A DNA stretch of 50,686 bases from Chiloscyllium plagiosum (taxonomy: Eukaryota): contig NC_057750.1 of NCBI RefSeq assembly GCF_004010195.1, forward strand, positions 5,426,438-5,477,123, written 5' to 3'. How positions within the stretch are numbered: position 1 is the first letter of the stretch; every line of letters begins with the position of its first letter. The notes under the pieces are model-generated. The model saw only the letters and a list, made by a program, of their open reading frames with translations. It did not search any database and was not told the origin of the DNA. Shown piece by piece: positions 1-13,411 of the stretch. A program made the translations under genes and the position numbers.

Positions 1-1569
1 TGTACAAAGTAAAATAAAAATCACACAACACCAGGTAATAGTCCAAAAGGTTTATATGGAAGCACGAGCTTTTGGAGCACTGCTCCTTCAATCATTTGAT
101 GAAGAAGCAGCGCTCCGAAAGTTAGTGCTTCCGAATAAACTTGTCTGACTATAACCTGGTGTTGTGTGATTTTTAAAATTGGGAATGGAGAGTATGATTA
201 TTAACATTCTGAATAAATTTTAGATGCGTGCAACAGGGCTTTTCAATGTGTAGTTCCATTTTTTTCCCCATAAACCTACATGCATTATTTATTACAGGAC
301 AAAGTCTGCAAGTCAGCTCACTTTACAGGTCGGTGGGAACATAAACTTGGAAAAGCTTTTTTTGCAGGGGTTAGCTATGTACAGGACAAGGTACCAAGGG
401 GGATGATTTTAACTCCACTATGCTGACTATGTTTTATTAAAACTGAGCAGGTGGATATAACTCCCTCAATCCCTGCCTCATTTCATCTTTAGCCAATTTC
501 CAAATAGATGTTCCTGCTGCAGGCAGGCTTGAGAAACATCCAAAAAAAGAGTCCAATGGCAACATTTTGGGGTCTTGACTGAAAGTTAACATACATATGC
601 GTAACATTGTGCTTTATGTAGGCAGCAATCACAGCAGAAAAGGCCCAGTCAGTGTAATGCCAATTTTTTGTTTATCTTTTCACTTGGAATTTATTCCCTC
701 AATGAAGTAACAGTAGTAACAACAGCCATTCTAAATTTTCAGGGTAATGACGTGAATGTTAGTGAAATTAGTGAACAGCATACATGTATAAAGAAAACGG
801 GGGGAGGGGTCTTCAATTGCTGGGTTTGAGAGCAGATTAAGACAGAGGAGAGAGGATACTTTTCTCTCAGGGGGTAGTGGATCTATAGAATTTTTTTCCC
901 ACAGAGGGCTGGCAAGATTGTTGTTAAATGCATTCAAGGTTGTGATAGATTTCCAATCAGTTACGGACACCAGGATTTGAGAGGTTACAGCAGGAAAGTG
1001 GAAATGATCATTACCAGTCAAATAAAAGCAAATTACCACATATGCTGGGCAACATCTGTGGAGAGAGAAACATCTCCGAACAGGAGAAAGTGAGGACTGC
1101 ACATGCTGGAGATCAGAGTGCGGTGCTGAAAAAACACAGCAGGTCAGGCAGCATCCGAGGAGCAGGAGAATTGACATTTTGGGCATAAGCCCCTTCATCA
1201 GTCATTCCTGATGAAGGGCTTATGCCTGAAACATCCAATCTCCTGCTCCTCGGATGCTGCCTGACTTGCTGTGCTTTTCCAGCACCGCACCCTCGATCTC
1301 CAAACAGAAGTCATACTGATCTTGAAACGTTAACTTTTTTTCTCCACAGATGCTGTCAGACCTGCTGAGTTTTTCCAGCACTTTCTATATCATATCAACA
1401 ATGATCTCATGAATGACAAACCAGACAATGCTCTTCCAGCACCACTGATCCAGAAAATGGGCCAGATGGCCTACTTTTGTTCCTATGTCTACTGTCAGTT
1501 GTTGGAAAACTCCTGCACTAAATAGACAGCAGACTAGCTATGACAAACTGCTGCAATTGTGTATGTTTG

Positions 1570-2267
1570 TACACGGCAGGTAATAATAAGGGAATTTCTG
1601 ACTTTCAACAAATATGAGAAACTAAATAAACATTATAGTAGCTCCTGGGTGGCAGCAAGAAACACGTTTAGGCACTGATGTTGTGACATTAGCTATTATT
1701 ATATGACATTCCTGGTTGAAAGTCAGAAATTCCCTTATTATTATCTGCCGTGTATGAAGGAGCGTCGCTCCGAAAGCTAGTGTGCTTCCAATTAAACCTG
1801 TTGGACTATAACCTGGTGTTGTGTGATTTTTAACATAATTATGGACTGAGGCTCAAGCCCACCTGCGTATCTTAGGAAGACAAGATCCAGGGTGTACACG
1901 AGGGAGGGATTAGAATTGCGTTCTATCTTGGGCATGTGAGCATTTTCCAACTGTACATGAAAAGATCGCAGGTGAATGTGAGAAAATTATCACAGGAATG
2001 TCATATAATAATAGCTAATGTCACAACATCAGTGCCTAAACGTGTTTCTTGCTGTCACCCAGGAGCTACTATAATGTTTATTTAGTTTCTCATATTTGTT
2101 GAAAGTCAGAAATTCCCTTATTATTATCTGCCGTGTATGAAGGAGCGTCGCTCCGAAAGCTAGTGTGCTTCCAATTAAACCTGTTGGACTATTACCTGGT
2201 GTTGTGTGATTTTTAACTTTGTACACCCCAGTCCAACACCGGCATCTCCGAATCATCCATAATTATG
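1570..2267. repeat. Local inverted + direct duplication complex
   Basis: 1570-1714 is the reverse complement of 1993-2137 (145 bp, 2 mismatches seen); 1715-1834 repeats directly at 2098-2217 (120 bp, 1 mismatch seen). Confidence 0.9.
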
Positions 2268-5147
2268 CTTTGTTATAAGGTTTACTGAACACGAAAACAA
2301 AAAAGTCATACTGAAACTTTATTCATTATTAGTTAAGTGCCATTTGCAGGACAGTGTCCAATTCTAGGCATCTGTTGAGAAGGATGTCAAAAACTTTGAG
2401 GGGGGTTCAAAGGGTGTTTACCAATGAGACAGCAGGGATGAGGGACCAGGGAAGAAAAAGGTTAGGGAAGGATGATTGCCCTGAAGGGTGAAAGGCTGAA
2501 ATTCAAACAAATTAATAATTAATCCTTAAACATTATCATTAAAATGGAGTATTTAGATAGTTATCTTTCAGCAGGTCATGGAACCTTGGATGTGCACTGA
2601 CAATCTGACTTTCCCTAAATATAACAATGCTTCACATTTCAAAAGTATTTCTCCAAATACAAGTGAAACAGGCAACAAAGAGACGAGAAAACTACAACAG
2701 AAAGAAGGCCCCAGAAATCAAGTAAAAATTAAGAAAATTGCCATGATCAACAATACTACTCATTCTGACAGTTATGCTACCAGTACTACTTGATGGTTTT
2801 TCAGCATGAAATAGTGGATTTCTCTTTATGTTGCCCACAGAAGCCAGGTCTAAGTTCAGAATCCCATCATAGTACATCAAAGATATCTGGTTATCAGGAA
2901 CTGCATTTGTGGCTTGTCAAGTGGTAGAAGATGATGGGTCATTTTTAAAATAGAAATTCTAATCAAGGCATCAACAAGAAGTATAAGAAAAAGCTGGTGA
3001 CCAAATGAGTAGAGTGTGCCAAACATAAGGAAATGTCACATGCTTATATTTTCCTCACTGCAATCGACAAAGTCAAGATTTACATTTATATAGCTTGTAA
3101 ATATTGGCTCTTGAAACAGTGTAAAACCTTGTACATTCCTATCCACAAAAAGTAAACACAGAAAATCTAGCTTGACACTTCAGTGCAGGACTGAGGGGGT
3201 TCTACACCATCAGAGATACCACCTTTCTGATAGTATACCAAGGCCCTAACTGCTTCCCTGACAGTGAATATGTACACGATCCAGGGTACTCTTTCTTACG
3301 TACAATCTTAAGTTTCAGAGTTCTGTGTGGGTATTAGCCCATCGCTTTGAGCTATCCAATCGGTGCTTTTTTTCCTACCATTTTGCCAATGTAACAACAT
3401 GTTAATATAATCCACGAGCTGTGAATTTTGATGGAATGCGTTGAGGACATGAGGAGTTGCTATATAAATACAAGTATATTCTTTATTCTATTATTTCATC
3501 ACCTTGCAGAACTTGGTCAAAACAGCTGCACTTAAAGGGGTGTCAGAACGGAAAACTACAGATTCTCAGATTGCATGCAGCGTGTGTGGGCCTGACAACA
3601 GTCCGAGAGAAAGATCTGCTCCCAACAGCAACCTGTGTTTATATACTGCCTTTAATGTAGTAAATCAAAAGATGAAAATAAGATATTCCTGGTCATTGAG
3701 CTAAACAGGGAGATATTAGATCTTTGCCTGAGCTTTTTTCCTATGTTTCAAAAGACACCTTAAAAAAGGAAACAGAAGTAGAGTACCGGAGAGGTTTAGG
3801 GAGGAAATTCCAGAACTTAAGGTCATGGCTACTAATGGAGAAGTGATTTTTAAAGCAGAGATGCTATGCACCAGATAATTCATGTTTCTACAGTATTCTA
3901 TTTTAAAACTGATTTAATGTGGAAGTGACATTCCTCAAGACAAGGGGTGTTTAAATTTCGGTAATTTTGCACAGTCAAGGTGAGTTTTAATTACTCCCAG
4001 AATATAAGAATGCAGATTCAAGCTCCTCTACTCAGCCCAGAAACATGTCTGAGCCCCAAGACCACTTCCAAGTGCACTAGGGTGACATTTCTGAAATAGT
4101 CAGTCAATTTGCAGTCTAAAATGAAATTTTCATCAAAAGGAAATTTGGTACTGTAGACCTAAGAGTGTGTTAAACAGAGACTATCACATTTCACATGGGA
4201 TCACTTCAGCCACAGTGATTAATTCAAACGAAAGGTCACACAGATGAAAGAAAAGCCAGTGTTTCAGTCATCACATCACGTAATACTTTTTAAAATGCTT
4301 TTTACTCATTCATAGAATGTGTGCATTGCTGGCTGGCTAGCATTTATTGCCCATATCTAGCTGCCATTGAGAAGCTGCCTTCTTGATCCACTGCAGTCCA
4401 TTTAATAATAATGCTGTCTAAAATAACATTATTTCTTTGAACAGTCAAGTAGATATAAAAATAATGTACGTCATAGAAAACAATCTGTTTGAGTTGAGTG
4501 TTACAGATAGGATTGCCTCTAGGAACATGTTGAGAGGGGAATTAAGCAACTTGAATTGGTATAAAACTTTTCATCACCTCAGATTTCAAAGCACCACGGG
4601 GCCACTTTCGAAAGGTAGTCACTGTATAAGAGGAAAATGCAGAAGGCATTTTACACAGAGCAAGATCCCACAAAATAATCAATGGCCAAATGATCTTTTT
4701 CCTCAGTGACATTGGCAGAGGAAGTAAAATGTTGACCAAGTCACCACAGGGACACACTTCATGTTCTTCCACCAAATAGCACTATAAAATCTTTGATTTA
4801 ACATCTCATCCAAAAGATGAAATACCTCTGACACTGCAATACCCTCTCAGTATTGCAATGGAAATGGATCAAACTTGATTTTTGCTCTCAAGTCTTTGGA
4901 GTGAGGTTTAAATGCACCAACTTCTGAGTAAGAGACAAGTCTTTGAAATCGTGCCAGTTATTTTTGTATTCACCAGAGAAGTTTATTGAGCTCAGCTGCA
5001 AGTTGTTGGTACTGGGCAAAGCAACACGTGGGTTGAAGGTGTGTTTCTGCAACTGTACTTGGGAATGATTGAGCCAAGTCAATGCCATACCACCTATGCC
5101 CACTCACAGTTGACAGTTAATTAACCCCTCATGCAAAAGGTACTCAC

Positions 5148-5605
5148 GAGTCCATGTCTTCAGTTCGATAGTGGCGCAATTCCTTCAACTCATCCACTGC
5201 TTCTTGGGAAGTGCCCAGCTCCGTTCCCAGGGTGATCTGACCAGTGCCACTCAGTTTCACATCCTCAATGCCCTGGGTGATTTGGCCAACACCGGTCTCT
5301 GACCGCTTCTGGGTGGACAGGCAGATGTCAGGCTCGGTGCCTGGGGACATTTGCCCCATGCCATCCCTGCTCTCCCCACCATCAACACTCTGGTCAACGC
5401 CACCCAACTCGTTGAACTGCCTGACCTGCAGCTCACTGAGGGAGCCAATGCCACTGTCGTAGTAGTCATCGCTCTCTACCTCAGCAGGTAGCCCCATGCT
5501 GTCCAACTTAACCTGGCCACCCCATGGCGCTGCCACTTTACCAGTGCCCAGCTTGGACATCTGTTTGGATGCGATGCCATTTAACAGCTGCGGGGCCACC
5601 TCCAT
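5148..5605 (-). CDS. NFKBIB: IkB-family NF-kappa-B inhibitor, coding exon 1 (probably IkB-beta-like; IkB-epsilon not excluded); remaining exons not found in window
   Basis: ATG at 5605 opens MEVAPQ...DDYYDSGIGSLS...HYRTEDMDS. DSGxxS beta-TrCP phosphodegron at 5441-5458. Exon ends GAC TC|GTGAGT (phase 2 donor at 5147), the same position as the TEDGD[S/T] exon-1 junction of vertebrate IkB genes. IkB family is secure; beta vs epsilon is inferred from the DSGxGS degron, Y-x-TED motif and promoter type. Confidence 0.6.
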
Positions 5606-5689
5606 TTTTTTTCCGGACTCCAGCCGTGGTAATGAAAATCCGCTTTCGAACAGGATTCTAAAGCACAGGGCTCAACGCGTCAGCGAAAT

Positions 5690-5950
5690 CTATGAGGTAA
5701 AGCCGCCATCCTCCTCGCCGCGGAACAGCGGCTTTAACGAGAAAGTGAAAGAAAGACACTAAGGAAGAACGGACGCTGCGCCAAAAATGGCCGACGCCTT
5801 GTTTACCCTTTCGTCTGAAGGGAATTTCCCCCGCTAGGCCAGGGACCAATCGGATTGCGCTTTCCTGGCAGGTCCCTGTGCGGGAGACACGTCGCCCATG
5901 CGCAGACGCTGCTCCCACCGCAAGGGTCTGTGGTAATTGTAGTCCTGTTC
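5690..5950 (-). promoter_or_regulatory. CpG-rich promoter of the left IkB gene with a kB site
   Basis: CpG-dense stretch just upstream of ATG 5605. Consensus kB site GGGAATTTCC 5820-5829, CCAAT 5846-5850, YY1-like GCCGCCATC 5702-5710 and AAAATGGCCG 5784-5793, NRF1-like CATGCGCA 5897-5904, ZNF143/THAP11-like GGACTACAATTACC on minus strand 5932-5945. Confidence 0.75.
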
Positions 5951-6224
5951 GTTATCGACGACAACAACAACTTGAGCAAAACTCCCACTGGGGATGTGGA
6001 AAGAAAACAGAAAGTGCTGGAGTAGCTGAGCGGATCAGATATAGGGAGGGACAGAGTTTTCCTTTTGTTAATCACTCAGGGGAGTGTTGATTTGCCCATC
6101 TCTAATCGCATCTTGATTGGTCTGGCTTTGTAATGCCACTGTGGAGACTGGGAGACAACAGAGTTGCTGTGGATTTGGAGTCACATAAAGGCCAGCGGAG
6201 TCACATTTAGGCCAGATCGGTTCA

Positions 6225-6620
6225 TAGAGATCATTGATCATCGAGGTCTGCAGCATGAAAATGGGCCCTTCGGCTCAACTTGCCCATGCCGCCCAGTTTT
6301 CACAATTAAACTGATCCCATTTGCCTGCTTATGGTCCATATCCCTCCACATCTATCCCAACCACATACTTGTCCAAATGTTTCTTAAATGACAAAATTGT
6401 TCTCGCTTCCATCACTACATCTGGCAGTCCATTTCAGACACTGGCCACCCTCTACATGAAAATATTGCCCCTCTGAACTCTTTTGTATCTCTCCCCTCTC
6501 ACCTTAAACCTATGCCCTTTAGTTTTAGATTCCCCTACCATGGAGAAAAACTGTTGGCTTTCTACCTTATCTATTCCTCTCATGATTTTATAGAGCCCTA
6601 TAAGATCACTCCTCTGTCTG
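6225..6620 (-). mobile_element. CR1 LINE 3' fragment
   Basis: DLIGLYKIMRGIDKV...KTKGHRFKVRGERYK. Confidence 0.8.
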
Positions 6621-7837
6621 TGTGAGCAATCAAGATGGCCCATGAAATGCAAAACATTTGTACGCAGGTCCAGCAAGTGATTCGGAAGCCATTTGGAATG
6701 TTGGGGTTTATTGCACGCTTTGGATTTTAAGAAGCAGGATGGTGTGCTACAGCTGTACAGTGTCATGGACACTGCATTAACCACACGGACAAACACATAG
6801 TAGAGAACTGCAAGTCCGTAACATATGATGAAAGATTTATGAAGTAATTGCAACAAATCCTACCAATTGACATCTCTTTCAATTTACTGTCCCTGAGCTA
6901 CACATTGCAAAGACCTGACACTTTTTGTTTTATGTAAAACGGGAATAACTTTTTATTACTAATGAGAAGTACTTTTCAAAATTCTAGGAATAGCAATGAT
7001 ACAAGCTATTAAAACCATAAACTAAATATCCTGACTTTTAGCCCAAAATTCCCCATTTCCCCCAAGCCGGCACTTAAACCTGACAGATAAGACAGGCAGT
7101 TAGATATTAGGTTAAAAATAGAAAGAGAGAAAGGTGGTAGGCCATGGATCTGGACTCAAGAGTATTTGAATCTCAGACAAGCAGTTCTGACATCCAAATG
7201 TACTAAACCCCTCTGAGCAGCTCGATCAGTGTGGTGCGGAAGGAGCTGAACCTTTGATAGAGTTACAGAGTTGGGTTGGTTCCTTCTGGATGGTCTCTTC
7301 GAGGTACTCTACCAATCAGACGCTCACAGTATGGCTCCTCACCGAGAAACGGTCTTCCAGTTCAACTTTTACTGCTCCAGTCACTGTTATCTGTTCTTTG
7401 CTTCAAGCAGTGTCTTCCGTGATTCCCTACCAATTGGGTCCTCATGGTGTGTCCCCTCTCTGGGAGTAAGGATGGCAGATTTCTTTCACTAAAGGACATT
7501 AGTGAAGCAGATGGGATTTTACAACAAACAAAAATCAGCAGGTCTAGTGGCATCTGTGGAGAGAAAGCAGAATTAACACTTATAAGGTTATTGTCGAGAG
7601 TGGTTAAGAGATAATCACAGTGCTATGGGTCTGGAGTCACAAGTAGGCCAGATTGGATAAGGGCAACAGATTTCCTTCCCTAAAGGACATAAGTGAACCA
7701 GATGTGGTTTTACAACAACAAAGAGAAATTGCTGGAGAAACTCAGTAGGTCTGGTGGTATCTAAGGGGAGAAAGCAGAATTAACGCTTACAGTTAAGTGA
7801 CCTTTATTTAGCAGTTTACTTCATATCTGGATATTTC

Positions 7838-8257
7838 AGGTTGGATAGGCTGGGACTTTTTCACTGGAGTGTAGGAGGTTGAGGGGTGACCTTAGAGAGG
7901 TTTATAAAATCAGATAGATACAGATAGATATAGTGAATGGCAGGTGTCTTTTTCCTAGAATGGGGGCTTTCAAGACTAGGGGGCATATTTTTAAGGTGAG
8001 AGGGGATAGATTTTGAAAAGTCGTGAGGGACAACCGTTTTACACAGAGGGTGGTTCAAATGTAGAATGAACCTCCAAAGTAAGTGGTGGATGCAGGTGCA
8101 GTTACAAAATTTACGAGACATTTGGATAAGTACATGAATAAGAAATGTTTGGAGGGATATGGGCCAAGCACAGGCAGATGGAACTACTTTAGTTTGGAAT
8201 TATGGTCAGCATGGACTGTTTGGACCAAAGGATCTGTTTCCGTGATATATGACTCTA
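7838..8257 (+). mobile_element. CR1 LINE 3' fragment
   Basis: Colinear with 40270-40590 (LRGDL, RHLDKYMN, LEGYGP); ATGACTCTA tail. Confidence 0.8.
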
Positions 8258-8671
8258 CCTGCAACATCTGCTTCCTGATGAAGGGCTCACACCCGAAACT
8301 TCAATTCTCAATATGCCATCAAAGCACTGGTGTTAATTTCTGCAGGCATAGAATTACAATCCTAAGGTTCTTGTGGCACAGTGACAGTTCCTTACCACTG
8401 ATCCAGGAGGCCTGGGTTCAAATTTAACTTGCACCAGAGGTGTATCATATTACATCTGAATGGTTGATTGAAAATATTGAAGGGTTCATGCAGTGCAGTA
8501 TACTGCTGAGCCTGAACACCCGGGTTCAGGTTCCACCTGCTCCCTTTATCTGAGGGCTCTTGTGATACAGTGGTGTTTCCCCAGCTCTGGGCCAGGAGGC
8601 CTGGTTTCAAGTCCCATCTACTCCAGAGGTGTGCCACAACATAAAGGTGGATAAATCTCTGGGATCTCATC

Positions 8672-9430
8672 AAGTGTGTCCCAGGATGTTGTGTGAAGTT
8701 AGGGAAGAAATTGCGGGCCCCCTTACAGACTTATTTGTATCATTATTAGCCACAAGTGAGGTGCTGTAGGACTGGAGGGTGGCTAATGTTGTGCCTTTAT
8801 TTAAGTGAGGCTGCAAGGAGAAGCCTTACTGGTGAGTCTGACATCGGAGGTTGTAAGTTATTGAAGGGGATTCTGAGATGATTTGGAGATGCCAGTGTTG
8901 GACTGGGGTGTACAAAGTTAAAAATCACACGACACCAGGTTATAGTCCAACAGGTTTATTTGGAAGCACTAGCTTCAGAGCGCTGCTCCTTCATCAGGTG
9001 GTTGTCCACACAACCACCTGATGAAGGAGCAGCGCTCCAAAAGCTAGTGCTTCCAAATAAACCTGTTGGACCATAACCTGGTGTCGTGTGATTTTTTTAC
9101 TGGGATTCTGAGAGATAGGATTAAATGCATTTGGAGAGGAAAGGACTGATTAGGGATGGTCAGCATGGCTTTATTTGTGGGAAACTTAATTGAGTTTTTT
9201 TGAGGATATGACCAAACAGAAAGATGAGGCAGAGCGATAGATGTTGTCTGCAGACTTTAGTTAAGCCTTTAACAAGGTTCTGCATGGTCAACTGATTCCT
9301 AAAATTAGATCATATGGGATTCAGGGATACGGACCAAACACAGGCAAGTGGGACTGGTTATTTTGGGAAACTTGATTAGTGCGGACGAGTTGGACCAAAG
9401 GGTCTGTTTCCATGCTGTATGACTCTATGA
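8672..9430 (+). mobile_element. Decayed CR1 ORF2 fragment interrupted by a Penelope-derived palindrome
   Basis: Colinear with 38690-39600; insert at 8879-9101. Confidence 0.75.
8879..9101. repeat. Fold-back Penelope-derived element family A (CTGATGAAGGAGCAGCGCTCCGAAAGCT consensus core)
   Basis: Near-perfect palindrome centred about 9007; 12-bp TSD GGGATTCTGAGA 8867-8878 and 9102-9113. Other copies: 1-176, 1755-1834, 2138-2255, 12405-12545, 16705-16880, 29055-29175, 47161-47323. Confidence 0.8.
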
Positions 9431-11364
9431 TTAAACAATATCTAGAACTACAAAGTTATGCTTAACTTAGAACATTGATTGGACCACTCTTGGAGTACAG
9501 TGCAAAGGTCTGGTCATTATATTATGAAAAGATAGTGATTCAGTGGAGAATGTGCAAACATAAAAGTTTAGAAGGACGATAACAGACGTGAGATCTTATA
9601 ACTTTCAAGAATGACTGAATACACTTGGAGCTTATTTCTCTAGAAAAGACAATGGCCAGGGTGATCTGATAGCGATCTTTCAAATTATAAATGAGTTTCG
9701 ATAGGCTAAATGTAGATAGAATAACATTAACAATGCAACAACCATGAGTATGTATATAGCTTTTAAGTTGATAATACATGCCAAAGGCAATTAATAAAAA
9801 CACTTGATATTGAACTACTTAAAGTCAGTGAGATGGCCAAATTTTGGTCAGAGAGATAGGTGAAATGCATCTTAAAGGAAGGGTGAGAGGCAAAGAGATT
9901 TAGTGAGGGTATTCCAGAGCTTAGAAGTCCAGGCAGTTGAAGACACTAACACTGATGCTGGTAATCAGAAGGATGTTCAAGAGGCAGGATTTGAAGGAGC
10001 GCTGGGGTCTCACAGGGTGACTGTATAAATTATAGTCACAAATGAATCCAATTAGGAGTTTAATCTGACCACATAGTGGTGAGTAGACAGGCAGGATGCT
10101 GGAAGAACAGAGCAAGCCAGGCAGCATCAGGAGGTGGAGAAGTTGATGTTTCTGGTAAGAACATGGATCACACTCCCACATGGAGTAGTTGAAGAGACAG
10201 ACACAGAAGTGGGAAGCTGTATAAACACAAGAGGGAGAAAAGAATGGAAAGATATGTCGATAAGGTTGGGGAGATTCGCGTAGGGCACATAAACAATGAG
10301 CCATTTTTGCCAATTTTTCTAAGTTCTGTATTTTTAAGTTCTGTATTTTTTAAATTGATTCACAGCATGTTGACGTCACTGCCAAGGCCAGTGTTTATTT
10401 CCCATCCGAATTTGGCGTGGAGAAGATGGTGATGGTGAGTTATCTTCGTGAACCCCCACTGCAGTCCATTTGGTGTAGGGTCACCCACGATGCTGTTAGG
10501 GAGGGACTTCCAGGAATTCGGAGCCAGAGACAGTGAAGAATGATGATATATGTCCAAGTTGGGGTGATTTGTTGGAGAATTTTATCAGGGAATGGTCTTC
10601 CCATATGCCTGTTGACTTTGTCCTTCTAGGTGGTAGTTGTCATGGGTTATTCTCATCAGTCCATAAAACCTGCATCATATCCAGTTTGCATAGCTCCACT
10701 GAGTGACAGGGTGTCGTGAATGGAAGGGAGTTGTAATGTGAAGGCAACCTCAGCCACTTAGCAGCACATCCTTACCTCACCCATTTTACACCACCTGTGT
10801 CGAAAAGGCAAACTGTGGACAAGAGGAGGCTTGTGAAGATGGATTATTTGGCGGGCTGAATTTTATTTTTGCAAACTCTGCAGTTGTACAGGCAGTTTTG
10901 AGTGGGCGGCACAGAGCAGATACACTCGATGTCGCACCCACATAAGTTCAGAAATAAAATGATCGCACTGAGGTGTTTTTTGAAGGCAGGATGCTCATTC
11001 GTTTCTCGGTGGTTTTATGCAAAGTGGTGCCAACTGAGACAAAACATACACAAACAGACTGAAAGAAAGGGGGAGTTTTTTTTGAGCAGCATACTATTAT
11101 GATCTAAAACACACTACTGGAGAGGGTAAAGCAGGTTCAGTAGGAACTTTCACGGGTGAATTGAATAAAAACTTAAACAAAGTGAGAAACAAAGTATAGG
11201 GCTATGGCAAAAGAGCACAGGAGTGAGTGTAATTGGATCGCTCATTTGAAGGGCTAGCAGAAGCAAGATGGACCGAATGGCTGATTTCCAGGGATGAAGG
11301 GATTTGTCATATGAGAAATCGTTGAGCAGCTTGGACCTGTACTTTTTGGAGCTTAGAATAATAA

Positions 11365-11462
11365 GACAAAAACAGTAATTGCGTAAGCTCAGCCGGTCTG
11401 GCAGTAATTGTGGAGAGAAATCAGAGTTAACGTTTCGAGTCAAGTGACCCTTCCTCAGAACT
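11365..11462 (-). repeat. Penelope-derived family C arm with the best-preserved hammerhead-like motif
   Basis: Minus 11462->11425: AGTT CTGAGGA A GGGTC ACTT GACTC GAA ACGT T AACT. Related copies at about 12330-12610, 16280-16490, 29555-29705, 31363-31640, 35335-35545, 37000-37230. Confidence 0.7.
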
Positions 11463-13411
11463 GGAAAGATCCCACAAGGAGTAGTGAGAGAAAACAACCA
11501 GACCTAATAACATTGATTTTCTTTCTCCTGCTGGGTCAATGAATATACTCATGACTGCATTAGACAGAATTTTGTTCGACCAGGGCATTTTAGGGTTGGG
11601 GTGTTGGCAAAAAAGTGGAGTTGAGCCCATAGTCAGAGTGGATGCAATCATATTGACTGGCAGTGGAGGCATGGGGAGGTGCCGATTGGCAGGGACCTGC
11701 TCCTATACACTTGTGACTTCTGACATCCTTCTGTGCTCCATTGTTCCTTGATACTGCATTGTAACTTGGTTGAGTCATTAAAAGGGCAAAAGTTCTGTGT
11801 TGACAGCAGATAGCAATAGCCACTGATGATATAAAGTGAAATAACCCCTTCCCCAGCCATGATTCATGGACTCAAAATAGACAATAACTTAAAACTAGCT
11901 TATGCAATAATGGTTATCTTGCATTCCAAAGAAAATGTACAAACTGAATTCCTTCAGCTTATATGTACTGTGATGCGACACTCCCATTCCTGACCCGTAC
12001 TTGACAATGAGTTGTGAAATATAGTGATACATTTCATTTCTAGCATTTTTCAAGATTATGCAAGATTAAGTCCCTTTTCTCTGAGTTCCTTGATGTCATG
12101 TACGATGAGCTAGTGTCACGGAACACGTAGAGAGTCGTTATCTGACCTCTGAGTCAGGAGGTCATGGGTGTACGCACCATCGCAGACAGTTGAATCCATA
12201 GTCCAGTCCAACACTCCCACTGAGGAAGTGCTACATTTAGCAAGTCCAGTTTTCAGTCATATTAATGATGAATGAGCAACAGGATTTACTGAGGGGCAGG
12301 GACAGAAATCATAGGAATAAAGGCAAAAACTTTGGATGCTGGAAAACTGAAACAAACAGAGAGAATGCTGGCAAAACTCAGTAGCACTGGCAGCATCTGT
12401 AGAAAGTCAGAAGTCACACGACACCGGTTTATAGTCTCACAGGAAATCATAAGCTTTCTGAGTGTAGCCCCTTCGTCAGGTAAAGTACCCAGTGTCGTGT
12501 GACTTCTGACCTTCTCCACCCCAGCCCAACACCAGCACCTCCACATCATAGCTTCTGCAGTGAGAGAAACAGAGTTATGGCTTCGAGTCTGATATGACTT
12601 CCTCAGAAGACTCTCATCTGATTCTGCCATAGAAAGCAGTTGAGGCCAAAACACTGAATGTTTTCCAGACAGACTGGATATAGTTCATAGGACTGAATGA
12701 ATCAGAGAGTATGAGGAAAAAGTTGACTCAGCGTACCAAGTTGAATGCTTAGCCGTGATCATATTGAATGGTGGAGCAGACTGGATGGGCTAATGGCCTA
12801 CTCCTGCTCCTGTTTTCTATATTCCTATATTTATCGTGTTGTTTTCATATACCTCGAATAAAACAATTAATTGCTCCACCATTGGTGGGCATGCCCCCAG
12901 CCGTCTGAGCCCTCAGCCAAATCTTCCCAAACTTATCCCCTCTGATACCCCAGTTTGGGCTGGAAAATCATCAATGACCCCTGAGTGATCACTGTAAGAA
13001 TGAGAGGACAACTCCACAGCTGTTATAGCTTTGTCAGAGCTCCCTAGTGGCCATGCTGCCTTAGATCTCGTGATTTCAATGTTTCAGCTCATGACCCGAC
13101 TTGGGTTCCTGAGCCCTGCTTTGGGAAACCCTGTTCAAAGTTCTGCAAATCCTTTTCTCTCCACCTCACTCCCCTACACTGGAAGCAGTGCAGAGAAGGG
13201 TCATTCAACTCGTTCCTGGGATGAAGAGGTTTGTCTTAAGAAGGAAGGTTGTAGAGGCTGGGCCTGCATCTATTGGAGTGTAGAAAAATGGGAGGTGATC
13301 TTATTGAAATCTACAAGATCCTGAAAGTGTGGATACTGAGAAGATGTTTCCCCTTCTGGGTAAGACTGGAATGAATGGACACCGTTTAAAAATAATAGGT
13401 CTCACATTTAT

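Noticed and set aside
731-1198. 155-aa ORF with signal-peptide-like LLLLGCCLTCC start (similar ORFs at 14814, 25337, 27456, 37500)
   Set aside because: Translations of the family B palindromic repeat, not a secreted protein family.
1-5147. Search for exon 2 (LHLA ankyrin exon) of the left IkB gene; candidates near 1860-1990 and 3500-3640
   Set aside because: Minus-strand translations gave stops or no ankyrin motif; the exon probably lies beyond the left edge.
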